Counted from the stretch's first letter, positions 8,936 through 17,155 are shown. The stretch: DNA of 64,000 nt from an uncultured Candidatus Saccharibacteria bacterium (GCA_964355335.1 CAYHDB010000001.1:23387-87386); one strand, 5' to 3'. Made by a program: numbers and translations. The notes: generated by a model from the sequence alone, not told the origin.

Positions 8936-9376
8936 ATGGCAACAAAGGATTATACTATTGCGCCTATTGATATTGCGACCCGCGCCACTCTCGATGTCCG
9001 AGCAGGGGACACTGTGCGTGTTTGGCAGAAAATCACCGAGCGCTTTATGGAAAAGGACAAGGTCAAGGAGAAGACTCGTTCTCAGGCCTTTGAAGGTCTT
9101 GTTTTGGCCCGAAAGCATGGTTCAGAGCCGGGTGCCACTTTCACTGTCCGTAAGGTCATCGATGGTATCGGTGTAGAGAAGATTTTCCCTTTGTATGCCC
9201 CTTCGTTAGAAAAAGTTGAGATTCTTCGACGTTCGAAGGTTCGCAGAGCAAAGCTTTATCACATCCGCGAGAAGGCAGCCAAGGAAATCCGACGTGAAAT
9301 GAGAAACTCCAGAGCTGTACGAGCAGTAGACGCACCAATCGAAGTTCTCCCTCAGGAAAAGGTTGAAGTTAAATAA
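8936..9376 (+). CDS. rplS: 50S ribosomal protein L19
   Basis: GDTVRVWQKI...TFTVRKV..GIGVEKIFPLYAP...RRAKLYHIR. Confidence 0.9.
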   Translation: MATKDYTIAPIDIATRATLDVRAGDTVRVWQKITERFMEKDKVKEKTRSQAFEGLVLARKHGSEPGATFTVRKVIDGIGVEKIFPLYAPSLEKVEILRRSKVRRAKLYHIREKAAKEIRREMRNSRAVRAVDAPIEVLPQEKVEVK

Positions 9377-9383
9377 AAAAACA

Positions 9384-9417
9384 GAAACCCCTCAAAGCAA
9401 AGCTTTGAGGGGTTTCT
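9384..9417 (+). terminator. Rho-independent terminator after rplS
   Basis: gaaacccctcaaagc-aa-agctttgaggggtttc hairpin. Confidence 0.7.
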
Positions 9418-9459
9418 CCTTGAAATATTTTCAAAATCGGGCATAATGGCAAAACAAAT

Positions 9460-9543
9460 GCGCGGGTGGTGAAATTGGTATACACGTACGCTTGAGGTGC
9501 GTATGCCGTAAGGCGTGGAGGTTCAAGTCCTCTCCCGCGCACA
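9460..9543 (+). tRNA. tRNA-Leu (anticodon GAG)
   Basis: Acceptor GCGCGGG/CCCGCGC, anticodon loop TTGAGGT, long variable arm, T-arm GGAGG-TTCAAGT-CCTCT. Followed by an aaaaatccc-aata-gggattttt hairpin. Confidence 0.8.
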
Positions 9544-9571
9544 AGAAAAAAATCCCAATAGGGATTTTTTC

Positions 9572-9697
9572 TTTGCGCGGAGTCCTCCATAGGAGGACGG
9601 AGAGGACTTGAAGACCTTGAGTATATCGCACGGAACGAAGTGAGTACGATACGAAAGGTGTACAGAATCTGTAAGATTCAAGACTCCTCTCCCGCGC
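9572..9697 (+). pseudogene. tRNA-Leu-derived tRNA-like remnant, ending in a partial copy of the tRNA 3' end plus CCA
   Basis: The segment starts GCGCGGAG (acceptor-like, one mismatch) and ends ttcaagactcctctcccgcgcacca, which copies the tRNA-Leu T-arm and acceptor 3' strand. The interior does not fold as a canonical cloverleaf. Confidence 0.5.
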
Positions 9698-9752
9698 ACC
9701 ATTGTAAGTTTTTTTGATTTGCACTTTGCGTTTTTAGCTTTATACTTTTCGT

Positions 9753-10304
9753 ATGCTCTATACTCGAAAAGGCGATACAGGTACTACCAAGACATTTGGT
9801 TGCGACCAGCGGATTTCCAAAAGTTCGGCTATTGCCGAGGCGCTCGGTTCGCTTGATGAGACGAATTCGTTTTTGGGGTTGTGTAAGGTACACCCAAAAG
9901 CTAAAAACTATAAACTAAAAACTAAAAGCTTTTCCGAAATAGTACACAGTGTTCAGCAAAATCTTTTTATCGTTCAGGCGGAATTGGCTGGCGCGCCAAA
10001 GACTATTTCAAAAGACAAGGTAGTTGAAGTAGAAACCATAATAGACACAATCGAAAAAGAATTGCCACCGATAAAAACCTTTTTTATTTCAGGAGGTACT
10101 GAATTGGCGTCATTGTTTGATTTTGCCCGTACACTTTCTCGTCGTGCTGAGAGGAGGGTAGTGGGTGTGAACGAGGAAAGTAAAATGAAAATCGGTGCCG
10201 ATACACTGGCGTACCTCAATCGTTTGTCCTCGTTGCTTTACGCTCTCGCTAGATTTAGCAACCATAAATGTGCTATAAATGAGGAGCCACCGTCGTACAA
10301 GTAG
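9753..10304 (+). CDS. ATP:cob(I)alamin adenosyltransferase (PduO/MMAB type)
   Basis: MLYTRKGDTGTT...AIAEALGSLDETNSFLG...NRLSSLLYALAR are family motifs. Contains a short repeat-encoded insert KVHPKAKNYKLKTKS. Confidence 0.75.
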   Translation: MLYTRKGDTGTTKTFGCDQRISKSSAIAEALGSLDETNSFLGLCKVHPKAKNYKLKTKSFSEIVHSVQQNLFIVQAELAGAPKTISKDKVVEVETIIDTIEKELPPIKTFFISGGTELASLFDFARTLSRRAERRVVGVNEESKMKIGADTLAYLNRLSSLLYALARFSNHKCAINEEPPSYK

Positions 10305-10319
10305 GTGGCGTAATCATAT

Positions 10320-10393
10320 GGTGACTATGGTGTAGCGGTAGCACGAATCCCTGTGGAGGATTCGGTTCGGGTTCAACTCCCGATAGTCACCCA
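10320..10393 (+). tRNA. tRNA-His (anticodon GTG) with G-1
   Basis: G-1 then GTGACTA...anticodon loop CTGTGGA...T-arm CGGGTTCAACTCCCG...TAGTCAC-C. Confidence 0.85.
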
Positions 10394-10720
10394 AATACGA
10401 CACCCGCGAGAGCGGGCTTTGTCGTATTTGGGTGACTAAGAAAGCCGGCTGACCGGCTTTCGTTCGGGAGTTGAAGACCTTCTCCTTAATTTATGAGTCA
10501 TTCTTATGGCGAATAAATAGGAAAGGTGTACTGCTCCTGTAAGGAGAAACTCCCGATATTTTTGGTGTGACTATCGGGAGTTGAAAGACGGAGGCGCGAA
10601 GCCGACTGTAGCCAGTCGTGGCCGAGTCGGGCCGTCTACAGGTGCCCATCATTGCTAGATGGGCTTCGAGAGTTCTTATGAGCAGAGCGAATTAGAAACT
10701 CGTGACCAACTCCCGATAGT
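10394..10720. repeat. Non-coding region made of strong hairpins and four direct or inverted fragments of the tRNA-His 3' end. Includes a candidate element at 10566-10718 with 17-bp inverted repeats derived from the tRNA 3' end.
   Basis: caactcccgatagtcaccc (10374-10392) is repeated directly at 10700-10718. It occurs inverted as gtgactatcgggagttgaa at 10569-10588, and as shorter fragments at about 10460 and 10545. Hairpins include caaatacgacacccgcgagagcgggctttgtcgtatttg and aaagccggctgaccggcttt. Confidence 0.6.
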
Positions 10721-10762
10721 CACCCTAAATTTGTTAGTTGAACTTGTACACTTTTCCTCCGT

Positions 10763-11116
10763 GTGCTTATATGTCTTTGGAACTTGAAACGAAAGGCAGA
10801 TATGAGCTTCTCTAATCTTGGCAATATACATAAATTGAATGGAGGGACGATGCGGTTTACATTTCAGGAGGTCGCCTACGTGGGAACTATTGGTAGTATT
10901 CAATACGTCCCCCTTGGGCCTGGAGCAGTTAACGTTGAGCTTCTGTCCCTTCAGCCGGTAACACAAGGCCCAGTTGTTCCTGACATTCCTCTCGAGTTTA
11001 CCTTTTCCTTCTTCGCGGCCGAGGTAAAAGACACTGCGCGAGAGTTAATTGTCCACTATCTGTTGGTCCCTCCGGGAGGTTTCGGTGACGTGATTTCCTT
11101 TCGGACCAAAGACTAA
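10763..11116 (+). CDS. hypothetical protein
   Basis: ORF only; start uncertain (possibly the Met at 10802). Confidence 0.3.
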   Translation: MLICLWNLKRKADMSFSNLGNIHKLNGGTMRFTFQEVAYVGTIGSIQYVPLGPGAVNVELLSLQPVTQGPVVPDIPLEFTFSFFAAEVKDTARELIVHYLLVPPGGFGDVISFRTKD

Positions 11117-11210
11117 CCTGTTAGTTCACATTTAAGCCCGCAGAAATGTGCGGCTTTTCTTTTATATAAAACTCAATTCACTCAACCCTGTCCAATAAGT
11201 GACCCAAAAC

Positions 11211-11246
11211 AAAACCCCCGCCCGATTACTATCGGGCGGGGGTTTT
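11211..11246. terminator. bidirectional terminator hairpin between convergent genes
   Basis: aaaacccccgcccgat-tact-atcgggcgggggtttt. Confidence 0.75.
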
Positions 11247-11257
11247 AGGAATTCGAA

Positions 11258-11593
11258 TTACTTAACTGTCTTTACCACAGGGGCTGCTACCTTGTCGTCA
11301 GTGGTCTGAATTATGTAGCTTCTCATCATTCCTGGGCCGTATGTGTAATCACCATTCCCGAATTGCATCATTCTTGAATATCCACCGCGCTGAAAACCGT
11401 ATCCGCTGTCAGCCTCGCCTAGGAAACGCCCAATGGCGATTCCTGTACAGAACACAACAATCAGGATGATTAAACCAAAAATCCATCTGGTAAAGAAGAA
11501 ACTTTTTCCGCAGGCAAAGCCGTGACCGCAGTGCGCTCCGCACTCTGATTCGTGCGAGGAACACTCACCACAACATTTATCTTTTTCGCTCAT
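11258..11593 (-). CDS. Small membrane protein with a Cys/His-rich, putatively metal-binding, N-terminus
   Basis: MSEKDKCCGECSSHESECGAHCGHGFACG followed by a TM helix (IFGLIILIVVFCTGIAIG) and a Gly/Tyr-rich tail. Confidence 0.45.
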   Translation of the reverse strand: MSEKDKCCGECSSHESECGAHCGHGFACGKSFFFTRWIFGLIILIVVFCTGIAIGRFLGEADSGYGFQRGGYSRMMQFGNGDYTYGPGMMRSYIIQTTDDKVAAPVVKTVK

Positions 11594-11658
11594 ATTATGA
11601 AAGTTAATATTAATCAGTCCATTATACAGTTGATTTCAATAATCAAGAAGACTTTAAC

Positions 11659-12141
11659 GTGAATATTTTATATACTTTCCTTGTGGAGAATAAAGAAAAG
11701 AAGAAGGTCGGAGTGGGTTTTGGGGTATTTGTCCTTCGTGACGGTAAAGTCTTATTGGGACAACGACACTCTGACCCGACAAAAGCAGACAGTGAGCTTC
11801 ATGGAGAAGGAACTTGGACAATGCCCGGAGGCAAGCTTGAGTTCGGTGAATCCTTTGAGGACGGTGCAGTCAGAGAGCTTGCCGAGGAGACTGGAATTAT
11901 GATCACTACGAATGATGTGCGAGTGGTCAGTCTGGCCAATGACCGTGTGCCTGACGCACATTTTGTAACTATCGGTTTGTTGTGCGAAGATTCTGTGGGC
12001 GAGCCGAAGGTGATGGAGCCGGACGAGATTACTAGGTGGCAGTGGTTTTCATTGGATGATTTGCCCTCACCACTTTTCTTCCCGAGCAAAGAAGTTATAG
12101 AAAATTATCAAGCAGAACGGTTTTATTTGGGTAATCTTTAA
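11659..12141 (+). CDS. NUDIX hydrolase
   Basis: Nudix box GGKLEFGESFEDGAVRELAEETGI. Confidence 0.85.
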   Translation: MNILYTFLVENKEKKKVGVGFGVFVLRDGKVLLGQRHSDPTKADSELHGEGTWTMPGGKLEFGESFEDGAVRELAEETGIMITTNDVRVVSLANDRVPDAHFVTIGLLCEDSVGEPKVMEPDEITRWQWFSLDDLPSPLFFPSKEVIENYQAERFYLGNL

Positions 12142-12172
12142 TCATAAATCTTAAATCTTTAATCTACCCCTT

Positions 12173-12580
12173 ATGATTCTCCAAGTCGGCGTCAAAGCGT
12201 TTTTGCGAAATAAAGAGGGAAAGTACCTGCTTATCAAACGGTCGCCGGTTAAGTACCCCGAGGTTCCAAATCCTTGGGATATTGTCGGAGGAAGAATTGA
12301 CCCAGGGAGTCCGCTTATTGATAATCTTAGGCGGGAGGTGAGAGAAGAGACAGGTTTAGAGATAACTTCCGAGCCTCGCTTGATTTCAGCGCAGGATATT
12401 CTGCGTATTGCGGATAAACACATTGTCAGACTTTCCTATGTTGCCGATGTTGCCGGGGAGCTTGTTTTGGATATGGTAGAACACACTGAATATAAATGGG
12501 TAACAGTTGAGGAGATAAAAAAACAGGACAAACTGGACATTTATGTCAGAGAAATTGTGGAGAAGGGTCTGGTTAAGTAA
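12173..12580 (+). CDS. NUDIX hydrolase (second paralog)
   Basis: Nudix box GGRIDPGSPLIDNLRREVREETGL. Confidence 0.85.
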   Translation: MILQVGVKAFLRNKEGKYLLIKRSPVKYPEVPNPWDIVGGRIDPGSPLIDNLRREVREETGLEITSEPRLISAQDILRIADKHIVRLSYVADVAGELVLDMVEHTEYKWVTVEEIKKQDKLDIYVREIVEKGLVK

Positions 12581-12596
12581 TTATTTTTTAAATCAA

Positions 12597-13286
12597 ATGC
12601 AGATAAAAATCCTATCTTGGAATATATGGTGCGATAATGACTTCGGACAGGTTAAGAATTTTTTGCTCGAATCTAAAGCCGACATTATCGGATTACAGGA
12701 AATTCTACCAGGAGATAAGAATCGCGATATTGTTTCATTTCTTTCCTCGCTCGGATATGAACACGCCGTTGCTCCGATTGGAGCGACATTTCCAGATGGA
12801 AGGATGATAACGTCAGGTATTTTCAGTAAGTATCCAATACGAGAGAGAAAGGCACACTTGCTTTCCGATGAGAGTCCGAGACAGGCGATTGAGGCCAGTG
12901 TAGATGTTGGAGACTTCAGGTTGACGATATTTTCCTTTCATTTGAAACATACACATCAACAAGATTCGGATTTACAAAATCTGCAGATGGAAAACTTGAT
13001 GCGGGTTTTGCCAAAGAAGAAGGTTGTGGTGATGGGAGATTTCAACTCAACACCTGACATGACGCCAATTAAGAGGATGCGTGAAATATATATTGATACG
13101 GACTCTGCTTCAACTCCAACTCTCAATGTCCCGCTTTTTGATTGCAAGGTTTGCGACCTAAAGGAACTTCCAAATACTCGTTTAGACTACATCTTTACGA
13201 GTAAAGATTTAACAACACATTCGTTCAAAGTTGAACCCCCGCACGGTTCTGATCATCTGCCAATCTCGGTCGTGGTGGAATTGTAG
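12597..13286 (+). CDS. endonuclease/exonuclease/phosphatase (EEP) family protein
   Basis: ILSWNIW...IIGLQE...VVMGDFNSTP...HGSDHLPISVVV. The start is taken at MQIKILSWN to avoid overlapping the upstream gene. Confidence 0.75.
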   Translation: MQIKILSWNIWCDNDFGQVKNFLLESKADIIGLQEILPGDKNRDIVSFLSSLGYEHAVAPIGATFPDGRMITSGIFSKYPIRERKAHLLSDESPRQAIEASVDVGDFRLTIFSFHLKHTHQQDSDLQNLQMENLMRVLPKKKVVVMGDFNSTPDMTPIKRMREIYIDTDSASTPTLNVPLFDCKVCDLKELPNTRLDYIFTSKDLTTHSFKVEPPHGSDHLPISVVVEL

Positions 13287-13336
13287 GTGCGTTTTCAATA
13301 TATTTTGTTTTAGAGACATTTTGCTATACTGGCCTT

Positions 13337-14329
13337 GTGGAAACAGAAATTACAATAGAGGGAAAGTCATTTCACCTTGTAAAACATAGCAAACGAAGCG
13401 ATGTCGGAGTATATAGCTCGGGCGAGCTTTTTGTGAGAGTGGGGGAGATGAGTGTGATAGACGAAATGGTCAAGCTTCACAAAAAGTTTGATGAGTTCGG
13501 TTTTCCTGTGCCGGAAATTGTTGGCCGAGGAGAGATTGCCGGTCAAGGCTATTTTCTGGAGAAATCTTTCGGAGAAAAGTGTTTTAGTTACCTATTCAAA
13601 TATGATATTGAAAAACATGGGCAGATTTCTCCCGAACTTTTCGAAAAGTTTGTGGCGGTATCAGAGAAGTTTGCTAGAGCCCAGATACGTTCTGTTTGGG
13701 ATTCTTCCTTTATAAAAGGTCGTAGTCTGCGGAGAAACGTCGGCGAGAGTACCCGAGTCTGCGAGGGGGAGGGATTTCAAAATCCTCCGTCTCATCAGAA
13801 TGAGCCACCTCCTTTTACAAAGGAGGAATTTTCCGACACTGTATCAGTCGCTGGGTTGGTAAGACCCGAGGACTTAGCAGGGGAGTTGCCGGAACACAGA
13901 GAGAAGATTTTAAAACTTTTCGATGAGTCGGTAAAAGCGATGAGTAGGTTTCCTGTCGTTCTGACTCATGGCGATTTTAATCCACATAACCTGTTTCCTG
14001 ACGGAGTAATTGATTTTGAAAAGCCGTATCATGTTTCTGTTGGGTACGATTTGGTGACTAATATTTTTCACGCGAATTACTTTCCAAGAGGGGATGAATA
14101 TTCGTATTCCAAATTGTATTTTTTCAGTCAGGAACACGAGCGCTTGTATTATGAGCGCATTGATGCTGTTTTTGTTGAGGCCGGTTTGCCGAAGTTGTCC
14201 GATTATAAAAAGCATTTTGAGTACTGTAGGGCTGTTTGGCTGACGGCTCGCAACGAAGCTACGACGGAACCCGGCAAGAAGTTTCAGCAATGGCGTTATG
14301 AACTTTTTAAAAAGAGTTATTTATCCTAA
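13337..14329 (+). CDS. Phosphotransferase (APH/choline-kinase-like) family protein carrying an in-frame hairpin-element insertion
   Basis: VLTHGDFNPHNLFPDGVIDFE is a Brenner-type kinase motif. Nt 13748-13835 encode EGEGFQNPPSHQNEPPPFTKEEFSD and form a three-hairpin element also found at 43655, 51290 and 61340. Confidence 0.6.
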   Translation: METEITIEGKSFHLVKHSKRSDVGVYSSGELFVRVGEMSVIDEMVKLHKKFDEFGFPVPEIVGRGEIAGQGYFLEKSFGEKCFSYLFKYDIEKHGQISPELFEKFVAVSEKFARAQIRSVWDSSFIKGRSLRRNVGESTRVCEGEGFQNPPSHQNEPPPFTKEEFSDTVSVAGLVRPEDLAGELPEHREKILKLFDESVKAMSRFPVVLTHGDFNPHNLFPDGVIDFEKPYHVSVGYDLVTNIFHANYFPRGDEYSYSKLYFFSQEHERLYYERIDAVFVEAGLPKLSDYKKHFEYCRAVWLTARNEATTEPGKKFQQWRYELFKKSYLS

Positions 14330-14331
14330 AT

Positions 14332-14925
14332 ATGAAATCAGATAAACCGAAGATTATTTTGGCCTCAAGCTCACCTAGGAGAAAAGATATAATGGAAAGA
14401 ATGGGCCTTGAGTTTCAAGTGGTGCCGAGCAGTTATGAGGAGGACATGAGCTTGCCAATGTCTCCATCCGAGCTTGTTAAGCATTTGGCTATGGGAAAGG
14501 CGGAAGATATCGCAAGAAGATTTTCAGACGAGCTTGTAGTCGGAGCGGATACGATTGTCGTATTGGGTGATGAAGTGTTGGGCAAGCCTCACACCAAGGA
14601 AATGGCAGAAAAAATGCTGAAGAAATTGAACGGTAAAAAGCATCAGGTGATTACCGGCTTGGCGATAATTCATAAAGACAGCAATACTATAATCAACGAG
14701 GCGATGGCGACATCTGTCTTTTTTAAAGTGTTAAATGATGAACAGATAAGGGATTATATAAATACGGGCGAGCCGTTGGATAAGGCTGGTGCCTATGCCG
14801 TGCAAGGTCTCGGAGGAGCGTTAATAGAAAAGGTGGAAGGGGATTATTGGAATCTGGTAGGTCTTCCCGCTAGTAACTTGGCCGAGCACCTTAAAGGTTT
14901 TGGAATTATCGCAAAAAGTTTGTAA
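14332..14925 (+). CDS. maf: Maf-like nucleoside triphosphate pyrophosphatase
   Basis: IILASSSPRRKDIM...VVGADTIVVL...AGAYAVQGLGGALIEKVEGDYWNLVGLP. Confidence 0.85.
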   Translation: MKSDKPKIILASSSPRRKDIMERMGLEFQVVPSSYEEDMSLPMSPSELVKHLAMGKAEDIARRFSDELVVGADTIVVLGDEVLGKPHTKEMAEKMLKKLNGKKHQVITGLAIIHKDSNTIINEAMATSVFFKVLNDEQIRDYINTGEPLDKAGAYAVQGLGGALIEKVEGDYWNLVGLPASNLAEHLKGFGIIAKSL

Positions 14926-14994
14926 TAAAAGGCCGAGAAGAGGTGTTTTAATAGAGTGCCATTTTAAGATATACTTGTTCGATAACCATATTTT

Positions 14995-15864
14995 ATGATA
15001 CAAAAAATCACGAAAGCTATTATTCCTGTCGCCGGTATGGGTACTCGTTTTTTGCCAGCCACTAAAGCACAGCCCAAAGAGATGCTCCCTGTGGTAGACA
15101 AGCCCACAGTGCAATACCTTGTGGAGGAAGCGGTTGCAGCGGGTATTACAGATATTATCTTTGTAACTGGCCGTGATAAACGTACCATAGAGGATCACTT
15201 TGATGTGGCACCAGGGCTTGAGAGGATGCTTGAAGAAAAAGGGAAGAAAGACGCGGCAAAGCTTGTGCACGACATATCGAATCTTGCTAGGTTCGCGTAC
15301 GTTCGACAAAAATATCCGAAAGGAGATGGCGATGCTATTTTGACCGCCGCACATCTAATCGGTAATGAACCGGTCGCTGTGCTTTTTGGTGATGATCTTG
15401 TTTTGAGTGATACTCCGGCTCTCAAGCAGCTTATGGAGGTGTATGAAAAATATGGAAAATCAGTTGTTGCGCTTGCGGAAGTATCTGACGAAGTGGTCCC
15501 CACAAAGGGAATTGTGAAAGGTGACAGGATTGACGATAAGGTGCTGAGGATAAGAGAGACAATAGAGAAACCTAAATTGGCCGACGCTCCTTCCAATCTC
15601 GCTGTCGTTGGAAAGTATATTATTACCCCAGAAGTTATCGAAGCACTCAAACACGTAAAAGTGAAGGAAGGTGAGGAACTTCGCCTTGCCCACGCCCTAG
15701 ATGCAGAGGCCAGGAAAGGTGATGTGTATGGTGCAAAACTTGAGGGTGAGTGGCTTGATTGCGGAAGTAAAATCGGTTTTCTTAGAGCGACTGTTCGGTA
15801 CGGGCTTTTACACCCTGAAACAAAAAAGGAACTAAGAGAATTTCTGAAGGATTTGAAATTGTAG
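14995..15864 (+). CDS. galU: UTP--glucose-1-phosphate uridylyltransferase
   Basis: KAIIPVAGMGTRFLPATKAQPKEMLPVVDKP...VAVLFGDDLV. Confidence 0.9.
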   Translation: MIQKITKAIIPVAGMGTRFLPATKAQPKEMLPVVDKPTVQYLVEEAVAAGITDIIFVTGRDKRTIEDHFDVAPGLERMLEEKGKKDAAKLVHDISNLARFAYVRQKYPKGDGDAILTAAHLIGNEPVAVLFGDDLVLSDTPALKQLMEVYEKYGKSVVALAEVSDEVVPTKGIVKGDRIDDKVLRIRETIEKPKLADAPSNLAVVGKYIITPEVIEALKHVKVKEGEELRLAHALDAEARKGDVYGAKLEGEWLDCGSKIGFLRATVRYGLLHPETKKELREFLKDLKL

Positions 15865-15870
15865 TATTTT

Positions 15871-16620
15871 ATGAAAATTACAAAGCTCGGACATTGTTGT
15901 TTAATTATAGAAATAACACCCTCCATTTTCGGAAAATCTCCCTTACCAAAGGGAGCACTGCATTCTGGTGCAGGAGGGTTGTTACAACCCCCCAAGGCGG
16001 CCCCCTTTGTTAAGGGGGATAGGGAGAATAAAACTGTACGGATAATGACCGATCCCGGAGCCTGGTCTGTGTCGCAAAATGAGGAGAAGGACATTGATTT
16101 TATTTTTATCACGCACGAACATCAAGATCATTTCCATCTTGATTCACTCAAAATAGTATTGAAAAATAATCCGAAGGCAAAAGTTGTTACCAACCGCGCC
16201 GTGGGGAAGTTGCTCGATACTGAGAAGATTCCACATGAACTTTTGGAGCACGGTGGAGAGGGGGAATACGGCGGAGTGCATATAGAGGGATTTGGAGAAA
16301 ATCACGCGACTGTATATCAGGATTTTGGACAGGTGCAAAATACAGGTTATTTATTTGCCGACAGATTTTTCTACCCCGGTGATGCGTTCTATAATCCGAA
16401 TAAACCAGTCGAGATTCTCGCTCTTCCTGTCGCGGGACCGTGGGTGAAGCTTTCCGAAGCGATTGATTATGCCAAATTGCTCAAACCGAAGGTGTGTTTC
16501 CCGGTACATGACGCTTTGCTTAAGTACAATCTTCCGGCACGGCTGGCTCCTCAAAAATTCCTTCCTCTCTCAGGGATAGAATTCGTAGATCTTCTAGAAG
16601 GTGTCACTAAGGCCTTTTAA
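15871..16620 (+). CDS. MBL-fold metallo-hydrolase with a hairpin-encoded insertion of about 40 aa near the N-terminus
   Basis: MKITKLGHCCLIIEI...FIFITHEHQDHF (HxHxDH). Between IEI and TVRIMTDPG, nt 15915-16040 form the hairpins ctcccttaccaaagggag and cccccttt-gttaa-ggggg. Confidence 0.7.
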   Translation: MKITKLGHCCLIIEITPSIFGKSPLPKGALHSGAGGLLQPPKAAPFVKGDRENKTVRIMTDPGAWSVSQNEEKDIDFIFITHEHQDHFHLDSLKIVLKNNPKAKVVTNRAVGKLLDTEKIPHELLEHGGEGEYGGVHIEGFGENHATVYQDFGQVQNTGYLFADRFFYPGDAFYNPNKPVEILALPVAGPWVKLSEAIDYAKLLKPKVCFPVHDALLKYNLPARLAPQKFLPLSGIEFVDLLEGVTKAF

Positions 16621-16689
16621 AAGGTACTCCCTAATCAGGAGTGCTCTTTACCCAAGTAAAGTTATCCCCATTGACATTTTTTAGCTATT

Positions 16690-16725
16690 TGCTACTCTTT
16701 ACTTGGGTAAAGAGTAGCAAATACG
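16690..16725. promoter_or_regulatory. Perfect palindrome of about 34 bp upstream of the trpR-like gene (candidate operator)
   Basis: tttgctactctttac-ttgg-gtaaagagtagcaaa. A half-copy ctctttacccaagtaaag lies at 16646-16663. Confidence 0.55.
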
Positions 16726-16742
16726 AATTACCCTGTATCGCG

Positions 16743-17060
16743 ATGAAAAAAACGAAAAAATCGAAGAAAACAAAGGCGAAATGGAGCATAAGCGATAGTA
16801 ACGCCTCGGCTCTTTCCCGGGCACTGCTCTCTATGAAGAGTGCTGAGGAGATGGGTATGTTTTTGCGTGATTTGCTGACAGAATCGGAAATTATCGAGTT
16901 TTCAAAGCGTTTTTATACCGCTCGGGCAATCGCTGAGAGCGTTCATTATGCAGGTATTGCGGAGGCTACGGGCTTAAGCTCTCGTACTATCGCTCGAGTA
17001 AAGCATTGGTACAATAATGGTAAGGGGGGTTACAAATTGGCCATTAAACGACAAAAATAG
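16743..17060 (+). CDS. TrpR-like / YerC-YecD family DNA-binding protein
   Basis: LLTESEIIEFSKRFYTARAI...HYAGIAEATGLSSRTIARVKHWYNNGKGGYK matches the YerC/TrpR family C-terminal HTH. Confidence 0.75.
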   Translation: MKKTKKSKKTKAKWSISDSNASALSRALLSMKSAEEMGMFLRDLLTESEIIEFSKRFYTARAIAESVHYAGIAEATGLSSRTIARVKHWYNNGKGGYKLAIKRQK

Positions 17061-17097
17061 AGTATTTTTAAATTGAATAGGAATGGATTGTATTTTT

Positions 17098-17136
17098 TTA
17101 CCCGCTACTCTTTACCCAAGTAAAGAGTAGCGGGTA
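17098..17136. promoter_or_regulatory. Second perfect palindrome, reverse-complement core of the first, between the trpR-like gene and the LOG-family gene
   Basis: cccgctactctttac-ccaa-gtaaagagtagcggg. Confidence 0.55.
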
Positions 17137-17155
17137 CAGAGAATATATAAATGTT

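Noticed and set aside
10566-10720. A possible tmRNA or second tRNA-His.
   Set aside because: The ends are inverted copies of the same (3') strand, not a 5'/3' acceptor pair. There is no tag-peptide reading frame or T-arm/D-arm cloverleaf, so a repeat or scar is more parsimonious.
15195-16112. A 305-aa ORF on the minus strand.
   Set aside because: It is entirely antisense to galU and the MBL-fold gene. Its Ser/Ala/Pro-rich low-complexity translation is typical of a shadow ORF.
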